This document shows, piece after piece, positions 52,941-64,000 of a DNA stretch of 64,000 bases. The notes under the pieces were generated by a model. That model had not been told where the DNA came from. It did not search any database and saw only the letters and a program-made list of their open reading frames with translations. Within the stretch, counting starts at the first letter, position 1. Each line of letters starts with the position of its first letter. The position numbers and the translations under genes were made by a program. The stretch lies in NCBI GenBank assembly GCA_009914755.4, contig CP068257.2, forward strand, positions 36,512,001 through 36,576,000, read 5' to 3'. Source of the DNA: the human T2T-CHM13v2.0 reference genome, Homo sapiens.

Positions 52941-54374
52941 TGAACACAGTAGTTTGCCTCATGTTCCTTTATGGTTTGTGAATGCGGCTGAAAAGTCCCA
53001 CAATCACTAAAAGACAAAACACAGTCAAGCTTTTTATTCTTCCTTCAAAAAAAAAAAGTTGATGGGAAAGGGTGATAGTACACACATAGGGTCCGGCAAT
53101 AAATCATTTTTTCCCTCCCGTTTCACAGTGAAGGGCATAGGAATGAAATGAGCTTTTAGAATTCCTGAGAATCATAGGCACTCCACCCTAACCACAGATG
53201 CTGGAAGCTGCATTATGATATGTATTACATTCAAATGTGGGAACCCAGGGCTAATTTTAAGCAACAGTTCAAGCTGGATGTAATTAAAACCTGCAGCATT
53301 CTACTTCTGGAAATGACTAAGAAGCTTGTATCGTACTAATCCTCTCACAGGTGACAATTGTAAACTATAGCCAAGTTTAAAACATTATTTGAAGGCACTG
53401 AAGAAGGAAGAAATGCAGGCTGAATGTGGAATAGAGTCAGCCTTCAACAAAGAAAACTGCACTGTATGTAAATGGATTTTGCAGGGTGTTTCACCTGAGA
53501 ACACAGCCCTGTCTGCACAAGATGAAGTGGCTGAGCTCCTGCAGAAATATGCAGTCTTCCTTGTTTGAGAAGTCAGAGTATGGAGTTCATAACTGGAAAA
53601 ACTTCTGGGGTGTGAGGTGGGTAGGAATGCCAAAAAGGAGGATGTCAAGGAGGGGGGATCCCCCAAATCTGTGTGCAGACTTTGCCCCAGTTCCTGGCTG
53701 ACTACACACGCATAAACTGCGCATGCATGTGGAAAATGTCAAGGGTCCTAGAAGGAGGCAGCAGATGGAGGACAGAGGGAATTGAGAGGAGATATCAACT
53801 GCAGTCCCCCACAGACAGGCAGCCAACTTCACCACCCTCTAAGGCAGAACTCAACACTCTGACCAAGTCTCTAAAACAAAACATTTACAAAGCCCATAGT
53901 AAAATAAAATATTGGTAGACATGTGAAGAAATAGAAAAATGGGACTCAAAAAAAGAAAAGCAGTCATTAGCAACCACTTCTAAAGAGACCAAAAGTTTGG
54001 AGTTATGAGAGAAGGAGTGCACAGCACCTATGAAGAGTATATGCAAAGATATAAAGGAACACGGGGTCATGGTGAGGGTCAACTGGGAATCCTGGCAGGA
54101 GAAAATAAATATATATACATAAAGAAATAATTATAGAACTAAAAATCAAAATGTCTGAGATGAAAAATTCAATTATTTTCCTTAAGAGCAGATTGGAGAA
54201 AGCAGAATAATAGACAGAGACAAATAGAAAGCAAGTAAGAACTTGATAGACATGAACCTAATGATATAATTCATTACATAAATGTAGATGGAGTAAACAT
54301 TTAAACTAAAAGGTATAAATGATCAGACTGTACAAAAATATAAGACTAAACTATATGCTGTTTTTCTTAGTGAT

Positions 54375-54790
54375 GGTTCTCTAGAAAAACAGAGCCAATA
54401 GGATGTGTGGGTGTGGATGTTGAGGAGAGAGAGAGAGAGAGAAAAAGAGAGAGAGAAAAAAAAGAGAGAGAGAGAGACTTATTTAAAGAAATTGGCTCAT
54501 GTTACCTTGGAACCTGGCAAGTCTAAAATCCGCATAGTAGGCCAGCAGGCTGGAGACCCAGGAAGAATTAATGTTGCAGCTCTGGTTCAAAAGCAGATGG
54601 CAGGTAGAATTCCTTCTTCCTTGGGTGGGGAACTTCCATCTTTTTCTCTTAAGGCCTTCAACTGATAAGAGGATGCCCACCCACATTATAGAAGATAAAC
54701 TGCTTTACTTAACGTCCCCTGATTTCAATGTTAATCTCACCCAAAAACTGTCTTCACAGCAACATCCAGTCTAGTGTTTGACCAAATATC
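54375..54790 (-). mobile_element. ERVL-MaLR-type LTR (MLT1-like) with internal (GA)n, antisense
   Basis: ctctagaaaaacagagccaataggatgtgtgg + (GA)n + cttatttaaagaaattggctcatgttaccttggaacctggcaagtctaaaatccgcatagtaggccagcaggctggagacccagg...aaggccttcaactgataagaggatgcccacccacattatagaagataaactgc...cttcacagcaacatccagtctagtgtttgaccaaatatctgggtgccatg. Confidence 0.6.
54423..54477. repeat. (GA)n microsatellite, internal to the LTR
   Basis: gagagagagagagagaaaaagagagagagaaaaaaaagagagagagagag. Confidence 0.9.
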
Positions 54791-56294
54791 TGGGTGCCAT
54801 GACCTTGCAAAGTTTATGTTAAAGCATAAAATTACAGAACCTTTTTATCCCCTTATAGTCTTGGCTCATCTTTATGTTTTTGAATCTCATAACTGCTTCT
54901 GTTTGATCACAGCTTGATTCACTGATCTTATTGCATGGAGGCATTGCCTTCTTTTATTCTATTGAGAATGGAAAATTGTTTCCAAAATAATTTATTTCTG
55001 GCTTTTCTATAAATCATTTTGAAAAGTCTCTGTGCTTCTCTGAGTCTTCAGGGATACTGATTCTTTCAACTTTTTGAATCTTTTGTTCAAATCAGGACTG
55101 TATTGATCTTTTTCTTTTAGATTCATTCTTCACAAAAGAAACATTTATCTAGACTTGACAAAAGCCTAGAGAAAAATGTGTTAATTGCCCTTTCATAGTT
55201 GATTAGATTACTGGTTATATTGGTCAAGGCTCATAGTGGAAGAAAGTAGAATGCACTCTATTTGATCTGAAAAGAAAGTGATGTATCAGATGGAATGATG
55301 AACCTTACAGAATCTCAGTGAGGCCCAGGGCATAAGGTTTAATTATCACATAATCAAAAATACAGCAATCAAAGGAAATGCCCAACCACCTATGGAACTG
55401 TTTCTGTTGCTGCTGCCTACTGCTCAGTACCTAAGTTTCTAGGAATCAGACTTCAGAAACTGCCAGACCTGCAACGGGAGAATGAACGTTTCTGTCACGA
55501 ACCATGGCCACTGGCTCCCATTGTTCACACCCTCCTGGTCTCATGTGGACATCTGCTTGGCAGAATCTAAGCCACATGCAAAATCTTCTCTGCTAAGTAC
55601 GGTTTTTAGTCTCCTGGCATCTGTTATACTAGAAGGTTCAGTAGAAGGAAGTGGGAATGGCAGCGGAGTGAGCCAGTGAAAAATCTGCTGCACTAAACAA
55701 TCTCAGTGCTGGATGGAATACCCACATCTCAAATCCAAGGTCTAGAAGACCTTTATCCATGGTGGCTTCACTGTAAATGAGTGGACCTCTCATCATGTCA
55801 CTGATTTTCTGGGACTCTATACTAAAGAAAGATTTTTTAAAAATTGCAATTCCTTCTTATATCAACTCCAGGGCTCCTCCTTCCTGCATCTTCCTCCACA
55901 AAGCTTTATTTTCTTAAATGAAATGTGTCACCAGCAATCTCTCCCCAAACCTTCCACACCACAACTCACCATACTCACTAGATTTTTGAGAATCTTAGTC
56001 TTGAGTGAAAATACAAGTGTGTGGGGAAAAAAAGGAGAAGTAGATTCTGACCACCAACACAGTAGAAGACGAGCCACATGGTTTCCAGGCTGGCACAGAT
56101 CCTGGGTACATGAGCTGGGAACAGACTTGATGCAGGGATAATTTTGGGTAAATTAATTGACCTGTTTAAGGATATTTGGAATAAGTTACCTATAAGCAGA
56201 ATTCTAGAGGTAATGTCCTATGATTTTATAAAATCTGGAAGTCACTCATTTACATATTGGAAATTCTTTTTCTTGACAAAAATGATTCATGACT

Positions 56295-57880
56295 TCAACA
56301 AATGGTGCTAGAACAACTGGATGTCTATGTTCAAAAGAATGGTGGAGTACCCCTTCTTCACTCCACACATCAAAACCATCTCATTGTTCAATTCCCACCT
56401 ATGAGTGAGAACATGCAGTGTTTGGTTTTTTGTCCTTGTGATAGTTTGCTGAGAATGATGGTTTCCAGCTTCATCCATGTCCCTACAAAGGACATGAACT
56501 CATCATTTTTTATGGCTGCATAGTATTCCGTGGTGTATATGTGCCACATTTTCTTAATCCAGTCTACACCTGGGACTGTTGTGGGGTGGGGGGAGGGGGG
56601 AGGGATAGCATTAGGAGATATACCTAATGCTAAATGATGAGTTAATGGGTGCAGCACACCAACATGGCACATGTATACATATGTAATAAACCTGCACGTT
56701 GTGCACATGTACCCTAAAACTTAAAGTATAATAATAAAAAAATCTCTGAAAATATACCCAAGACCTAGATGTAAAAATTAAAACTATAAAACTTTTAGAA
56801 GAAAACATAAGAGTAAATATTTGTGATTTTGAGTTAGGCAATAGCTTTTTAAGATACAACACCAAAAACACAAGGGAAAAACAAAACAAAACAAAACAAA
56901 ACAAAATCAGTGAATTGAACTTCACCAAAACTAAATGGGACAACATATTTAAAAATCACATATCTGATAAGGGACTTGTATCCAGAATGTATAAATGATA
57001 CCACTTGCAACTCAGCAATAAAAAGACAACCCAATTAAAAGCAGACAAATAATTTGAACAGACATTACTACAAAAAAGAAATACTAATGATCAATAAGCA
57101 CATGAAAGATGTTCAACATCATTAGTCTTTCAGGAAATGGAAACCACAAGACATCACTTTACACCCACTAGAATAGCTCAAAAAGAAAAGGCAGACAATA
57201 ATAAATGTTGTCAAGGATATGGTGAAATTGGAACTCTCATTCATTGCTAATGGGAGTAAAAGAGTGCAGTCAATTTGGAAAACAGTTTGGGAGTTCTTCC
57301 AAAAGTTAAACATAGAGTTACCATATAATTCAGCAATTCTCCTCCAAGAATACTAAAAACATGTGTCCACACAAAAATTCACACATTAATGTTCATAGTA
57401 GCATTATTCATAATAGCAAATAAGTGGAAACAGCCCAAATATCCATCAACTGATAAATGGATAAATAAAATGTGGTATATTTATTAACTGAAATATTATT
57501 TAGCAATAAAAAGAAATGAAGTACTGATTCATGTTGAGCATCAGTGAATCTTGAAAACATGATGCTAAGTGAAAAGAGCCAGTCACAAAAGACCACATAT
57601 CACATGATTCAATTTATATTAAGTGTCCAAAATAGGTAAATCTATAGAGATAGAAATCAGATTTATGCTTGACAAGGGATTGTGGAGGAGGGGGCAATGG
57701 GAAGTGGCTACCAATAGGTGTGGTGTTTCTTTTTGGGGTAATGAAAATGTTATAAAATTAGATAATGTTGGTAATTGTACAACTTTGTGAATATACTCAA
57801 AATCACTGACTCATACACTTTAAAAAGGTGAATTTCATGGTGTGTTAGTTATATCTCAAAAAGGCTATTAGAGATTTACT
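56295..57880 (+). mobile_element. Old L1 (L1MB/L1MC-like) ORF2 C-terminus plus 3'UTR, sense; interrupted by the young L1 at 56381-56745
   Basis: ttcaacaaatggtgctagaacaactggatgtctatgttcaaaagaatgg... then, after the insertion, ...ctagatgtaaaaattaaaactataaaacttttagaagaaaacataagag...gtgtggtgtttctttttggggtaatgaaaatgttataaaattagataatgttggtaattgtacaactttgtgaatatactcaaaatcactgactcatacactttaaaaaggtgaatttcatggtgtgttag. Confidence 0.8.
56381..56745 (+). mobile_element. Very young L1PA/L1HS-like 3' end with 5' inversion (twin priming), nested in the L1M
   Basis: 56381-56567 is the antisense of about L1 nt 5730-5920 (tcattgttcaattcccacctatgagtgagaacatgcagtg...ttaatccagtctac). 56568-56745 is sense about 5955 to the end (acctgggactgttgtggggtggggggaggggggagggatagcattaggagatatacctaatgctaaatgatgag...cttaaagtataataataaaaaaa). 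About 35 bp is deleted at the junction. Confidence 0.85.
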
Positions 57881-57999
57881 GGAATTTCACAAAAATAATT
57901 GCTTATTTAATGCAAGTTTATTCATGATATTCACATTATTTGAAGTATGAAAGTTCATTGTTTGAATTAATTAAAAATTAAAACAACATATCAAAATGT

Positions 58000-58640
58000 G
58001 TGGGATACAGATTTAAAGAATCTAAATTTTCATTTTAAGATATAGAAAATACAAGCAAAAGAAAATTAAACCCCCAATAGAAAGAAGACACAATAAACAT
58101 AAAAGTAAAAATAAATGAAATAAAAACTAAAATATAATGATAATGATGATGATAATAATAATAATGGTAATAATAGTAACATGAATGAATCCTGCAGCTG
58201 TTTTTTTTTAAATGAATAAAATTGATAAAACTCTCACTAGACTTATGCAGAAAAAAAGAAAGAAGACACAAATTACCACATTAGGAGTAAAAGAGGAGCA
58301 TCACTACAGATCCTATAGACTTTAAAAGGATCATAGGAAATATTATGAGCTGCTTTATTCCAATAACTTCAACAACCTAAATGAAATGGATAAATCCTCT
58401 GTCATAATGTTACCTTGCTTGTATTGGAATGTGTTTATTCTCAGGAGACCCATGCAGAAATATTAGATAAAGTGCAACTCACTTTCAAATGGCTCAGCAA
58501 AATGTCAACAGTTGTTGAAACTAAGTAGTGAATATAAAAATGTTTATTATGTTATTCTTTTATTTTACCTTTTCTGTATTTTTGAAAATTTTTGTAATGC
58601 AAAATTGGGAGAAATAAATCAGGTATGAATGCATGTTAGT
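58000..58640 (+). mobile_element. Old L1M ORF2 N-terminal fragment
   Basis: ...aatgaataaaattgataaaactctcactagacttatgcagaaaaaaagaaagaagacacaaattaccacattaggagtaaaagaggagcatcactacagatcctatagactttaaaaggatcataggaaatattatgagc... is colinear with L1 ORF2. Confidence 0.5.
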
Positions 58641-60669
58641 AGAGAGGCTTTCACTCCGGGTTAGTCATTTCAAGTAGGGCTGATTATGGAAAGGACAATG
58701 TCATGACCTTTTCACCCAAAAAGCAGTGTTGTAACCTTCCTTTTGTGTCTGGATGAAGCTTCTTGGTGACACTGGTAGGCTATGGAAACTCCCACAGAAC
58801 AAGCACAGAAAAACTCACACAGACATGAAACCTTGGCCTAAGGGGACACTTATTGGACACTAATTACCCTTAAGAGCTCTGTTAACCCAAACTTCCCATA
58901 AACCAAGCTTGGTATGAAATAAGAAAATGCATAAGGAAGCAAAATGCTGACATGACCAAATTTATCAGTCCTGAAAGTCCTTTCTTCAGAAGTGATGTTG
59001 CAATTGTACAATAATAAACAATAGAAGGTTGACAATCTCATGTTTGCAGGCAGAGAACAGCTTCCCTACATTTCTAAGAAGCTGTATATTTGGAAATGGA
59101 TTAAATTGAAGGTAGGGATAATTGGCATTCTAAAGCCAAGTAGGATGAAACAAGCAGAATTTTCCATATTTTAATATGTCTCTTTTTAATTAGAGTATCT
59201 ATAAAGGAAACAAATTATTGTATAGTTACCGATTCTTTTTAATGAACAAGGAAAAATGGTCTAATAATATGAGCTTCCTTTTGGACTTGGGTCCTGGCTG
59301 ATGTTGGGTATCCAAGGACCCTCGCTGTCTTTTTTTCCATGTTGGACGGGTAATGTGCCCACATTGTAACAAGGTTTGAGGAAGGCACATCTCACACATG
59401 CACATGTGAACACCCAAGCATCACGCTTATGAACTACAAAAGGATCTACCCTCTCCATCTTAAGTAGAGACTTGAGAGGGAGTGATAGGCAGGAAGAGCA
59501 TCAAAACTTCTTCACAGGACATAATTGAATGACTTGTTACTTATTTTCTTATGGTTCATTTATTCAACAAATGAAACATCTCAATTGTTCATTGCTATTA
59601 TAGATAGACACTAGGTATACTGGTAAAAAAAAAAGACTAAAAAATGTTGTTTTTATTTAACTTGCATGATGGCTGATATAGTAAAGTCAAAATTATTTAA
59701 ATAAAGAAAAGGGGTAATGAAGACTTTGGATGTAGAAATCTAGGTTCTCATCCAAGCTTTGCTGCTAGCTTGCTGAGGGAACCCTGAGTAATGAGTCCTT
59801 AAACTCCCTCTAGGCCTGGAGGTTCATCCATCAAGTGAGGGGCCTTAACCATGTTTCCAACAACAGCCTTTCCGGCCCCATCTTCCTATGAAGGAGAAAC
59901 CTCAGTATGGCCTCGTGGGGAACATCGTGGACTTTGGACTAAAGCACTTTTGGTTTGTTCAATTATTTCATCTCTGATCTTCATCATCTTATTTAACTAC
60001 TCTGAGCCTCAATTTCCTTGCTGCAAAATGAGGTGATGTTTGCTTAAATGAGCAAGCAAAGCAATCACCACAGCTCCTGGCATGCCATAGCACATGGCTT
60101 TTGCTCCCTTGGGGTGCTTACATATGAAGAAAGGTTTTGCAATCTAAAGACAGTAATCATTTTGGTAGTGAGCCAGCTAATTGAGGAGGCAATTTCTCCT
60201 CCATCAGACTATCAGCTGATGTGCAACCTAAAAAGCATTTGTTGAATAATGTAAAAGGAGTTTTTACCAGCTCCTTCAATTTTGACCATCTTTGGACTGG
60301 AAGATTTCATTCAATTCAAAAAATTCCCAATGACATATACATTGTGAACACTAAGATTATATTCTTTCTGGAAGCTGTGTCCATTCCAACAAGTCAGGAC
60401 CATTTTTACCCAACCTGTCCTAGGCAGCAAGACTCCTCAAGAGATACATGCAGAGGCAGAGTTTTCTAAGCTGGGCTGCCACATGGTCACCCTGGGGAGA
60501 AAATGGCAGAAGACAGCTTTCTTGGGCCCACCTATCAGAAGGAAGCTCCTGTGGCAACAGTGATCTCATCTCTTAGGGGCCCATGGTAGAAATATTGAAA
60601 GCAAAAGCTATAGGAATGGTCCAATATAACAATCACAGTTTCCTTCAATTTTCAGAAAATTATAAATGA

Positions 60670-61698
<1,029 letters not shown>

Positions 61699-61789
61699 AG
61701 AATACAAAATGGATTCAAAACTTACAGATAACTTGTAAAAATCAATTTTAAAAGATAACCTAATTTTAAAATGTTCAGAAGTCTTGATC

Positions 61790-62045
61790 TTGATCAGGCA
61801 TATTACAATATAGCATGGGCCACTGATCAAGTCTCCAGCAGCCAAATCCACCCCCTGCCCCAGCCTGTTTCTTATAAATAAATTTCGGTGGAACACAGCC
61901 TAGCCTATTCATTCACACATTGTCCATGGCTGCTTTTGCTCAGCAACAGCAAAACTGAATAGTTAGGACAGAGGCCATATGGCCCGCAAAGCCAAAGATA
62001 TTTACTATCAGGCCCCTTAGAAAATGATTTGCTTGTCCCTGAAAT
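61790..62045 (+). mobile_element. Palindromic hAT-like MITE, family B, copy 2
   Basis: ...cagccaaatccaccccctgccccagcctgtttcttataaataaatttcggtggaacacagcctagcctattcattcacacattgtccatggctgcttttgctcagcaacagcaaaactgaatagttaggacagaggccatatggcccgcaaagccaaagatatttactatcaggcccc...tgtccctg. Confidence 0.45.
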
Positions 62046-62089
62046 AGAAGCTATCCAAGTGACTGATAGGCATATGAAAAAACACTCCA

Positions 62090-62990
62090 GCATTAATTGC
62101 CAACAGAAAAATGCAAATTAAACCCACAGTAAGATACCATTATCCACTCATTAGAATGGCAAAAATTAAAAACACTGACAACATCAAGTGTTGGCAATGG
62201 TGGAGAACAGTGGGAGCTCTCATACACTGATGGTTGAAGTGGAAATTGGTTCAATTTTGGAAAACAGTTTGGCAGTATCTACTACAGCTAAACATTTATG
62301 TCTCCATGGCTCAGCAATTCCTGGTCATATTCTCAAGAGATATGAGGACTGTGGCCACCAAGAGACATGTATGAGAAAGGTCCTAGCACCTTTATTTATA
62401 ATAGCCCTGAACATAAAACAATAAATGTCTGTCAACAGTATGATGAACTAAATAAATTGTGGTGTATGCGCACAATGGAATAGTATATGGCAATGAAAAA
62501 ATATAAGCTGTTGCCCCATGCAAGGATGTTTCACAGACATAATGTTAATCAGAAGAAAGCAGATCTCAAGGAGTCCATGTTGTATGATTCCATCTATTTG
62601 AAGCTCAGTAACACATGGTACTAGAAGTCAGAATAGCAATTACCTCTAGGACTGGGGATTCATATTGAAAGAGAATGAAGGTTGGGAAGCCTGTTGGGGC
62701 CTGGGAATGTCTTAGATGTTGTTCTGGCAGGTGGTTGCAAGCCTGTAGACATATGTAAGAGGTTATTGGATGGTACGCTGAAGATTGCAGCACCTAACCG
62801 TAGAAGGTACAGTGTTACATCTCAATATAGAAGAGAAAATATTAAAGAAAAAAAGACCGTGGGTCCTTTTGGACTTGAACCTTATGCCACAGTGGTACTA
62901 CAGAGTCATGTCTTAACTGGAACTCAAATTGTAATACCTTTAAAGCTTTGTGTTGAAAAGAATGAACATTTCAGAATGTAATTCTGCATT
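62090..62990 (+). mobile_element. Old L1M (L1MC/MD-like) ORF2 C-terminus plus 3' end, sense
   Basis: ...aaatgcaaattaaacccacagtaagataccattatccactcattagaatggcaaaaattaaaaacactgacaacatcaagtgttggcaatggtggagaacagtgggagctctcatacactgatggttgaagtggaaattggttcaattttggaaaacagtttggcagtatctactac... Confidence 0.7.
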
Positions 62991-64000
62991 TGTGATGAAG
63001 TCCTCCTCAATAACTGATTCAAAGCTGAGGAGACTGCAGTTTCCCCTAATGCCCTGGCCCTGTCTCTGATGGGTACATGTTTGTTGAGACATCTACCAAG
63101 GGGATCAATGCCCCAGGCTGATGTCACTCCCTGTGCTTGACTCCTGTGTCTGGGTGGCAATCGAGAGCCTTCCTGCTCCCCCAGCGAGGGACGGACAGGA
63201 GGAAGCACCCTCCAAAGGCTGGCCTGTGTCACAGATTGTCCAGGAGGTGGGCAACATAAGGGATGAGGTCATCTCTTGGTGAGCCCATGCCTGGCCTTAC
63301 AGAGCAGTGACAGATCACCTGTCACCCCCGCAACAGGCAAGTGGCCCCATGTCCATGAGCCACAGGGTGCCAGGGATGTGGGATTGCAGCTCCCCTGTGG
63401 GTCCCCTCAATGAAGGGAATTATTCCTCCAAGGAGATTTGGGTCCTCTGCTGCTCTCAGACAGTCAGTTGCTTTCTGACTCGTCCACACAATGGATACTG
63501 CGTCCAATTGTATCACACCATCGTGGACGGCTGGAGTCACATCTAAAATGTCCTTGTACCTCCAGCCTCCATCACTGCACACCTGTAACTCTGCTCACCC
63601 TAAGTGCTTAATGAACATGGTGGATGGGCTGGTATACAAATGCCTTTTTGGGGTGGTTTGACTTACAGCCATCTCTGCTCTCACTACAGAAAGAGGAGAG
63701 GAGCCTCACAGAGGTAATGTCAGTGGAAGAACCTCCAACCCTCCTTTGAACACATTCCTAACAAAGAAACCTGCATGCTTTCCCCACCTTTTCTCCTACC
63801 TGTCTTGTGTCAGAGCAGTGCCTCCCTGCTGCTGATTTAGAACCAACCAACAGCTGGACCTGTTTATATCTAGCACCTTGCAGTGTTCTACCTAGATTCC
63901 AAAAATGAACTCAACAATGATTCAGTGTCATTGATCAGGTTCATAATGCTTGGATTTGTTCATACAAGGGCTTTCCCTAGAAGGTTACTTATAAAATGAA

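Overview
This window is not prokaryotic. It is catarrhine-primate (almost certainly human) nuclear DNA. It is AT-rich and dominated by interspersed repeats, with no bacterial-type gene organisation.

Repeats I can support directly from the sequence:
- Alu: at least 9 copies or fragments, including two AluY copies that retain CpGs and have perfect 16-17 bp target-site duplications (TSDs).
- L1: several old L1M/L1MA pieces, an antisense L1PA 3' end, and two very young L1PA 3' ends with the G-rich 3'UTR stretch. Both young copies have the 5'-inversion structure expected from twin priming.
- LTRs: several ERVL-MaLR-type solo LTRs (THE1/MST/MLT1-like), some carrying their internal microsatellite.
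- Others: MIR and L2-like relics, two families of hAT-like MITEs (3 and 2 copies), and simple or low-complexity tracts. The latter include a 265-bp GA-rich tract, a 140-bp CT tract and an AT-rich minisatellite.

The six-frame ORF track is essentially noise here. Every ORF over 100 aa is either an L1 ORF2 remnant (the 216-aa minus-strand ORF at 60670-61320), a translation artefact of a purine-rich microsatellite (50343-50789), or lies in repeat or CpG-depleted non-coding DNA. I find no credible complete protein-coding gene, rRNA, tRNA or CRISPR array. The only gene-like signal is a candidate 3'-terminal exon at 28210-28308, with a polypyrimidine tract plus AG acceptor, a short ORF, a stop and a downstream AATAAA.

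The most interesting structures are:
- two or three twin-primed L1 insertions;
- an Alu and an L1 that reused the same target site, leaving three copies of one TSD;
- a 34-bp inverted templated insertion inside an Alu, copied from 1.8 kb downstream with 3-bp junction microhomologies;
- a 188-bp inverted duplication pair with about 96% identity;
- an AT-rich minisatellite split by a 935-bp CpG-retaining insert.

I see no evidence for a novel 'biological system' in the prokaryotic sense. Family names for the older repeats are from memory of consensus sequences and are approximate.
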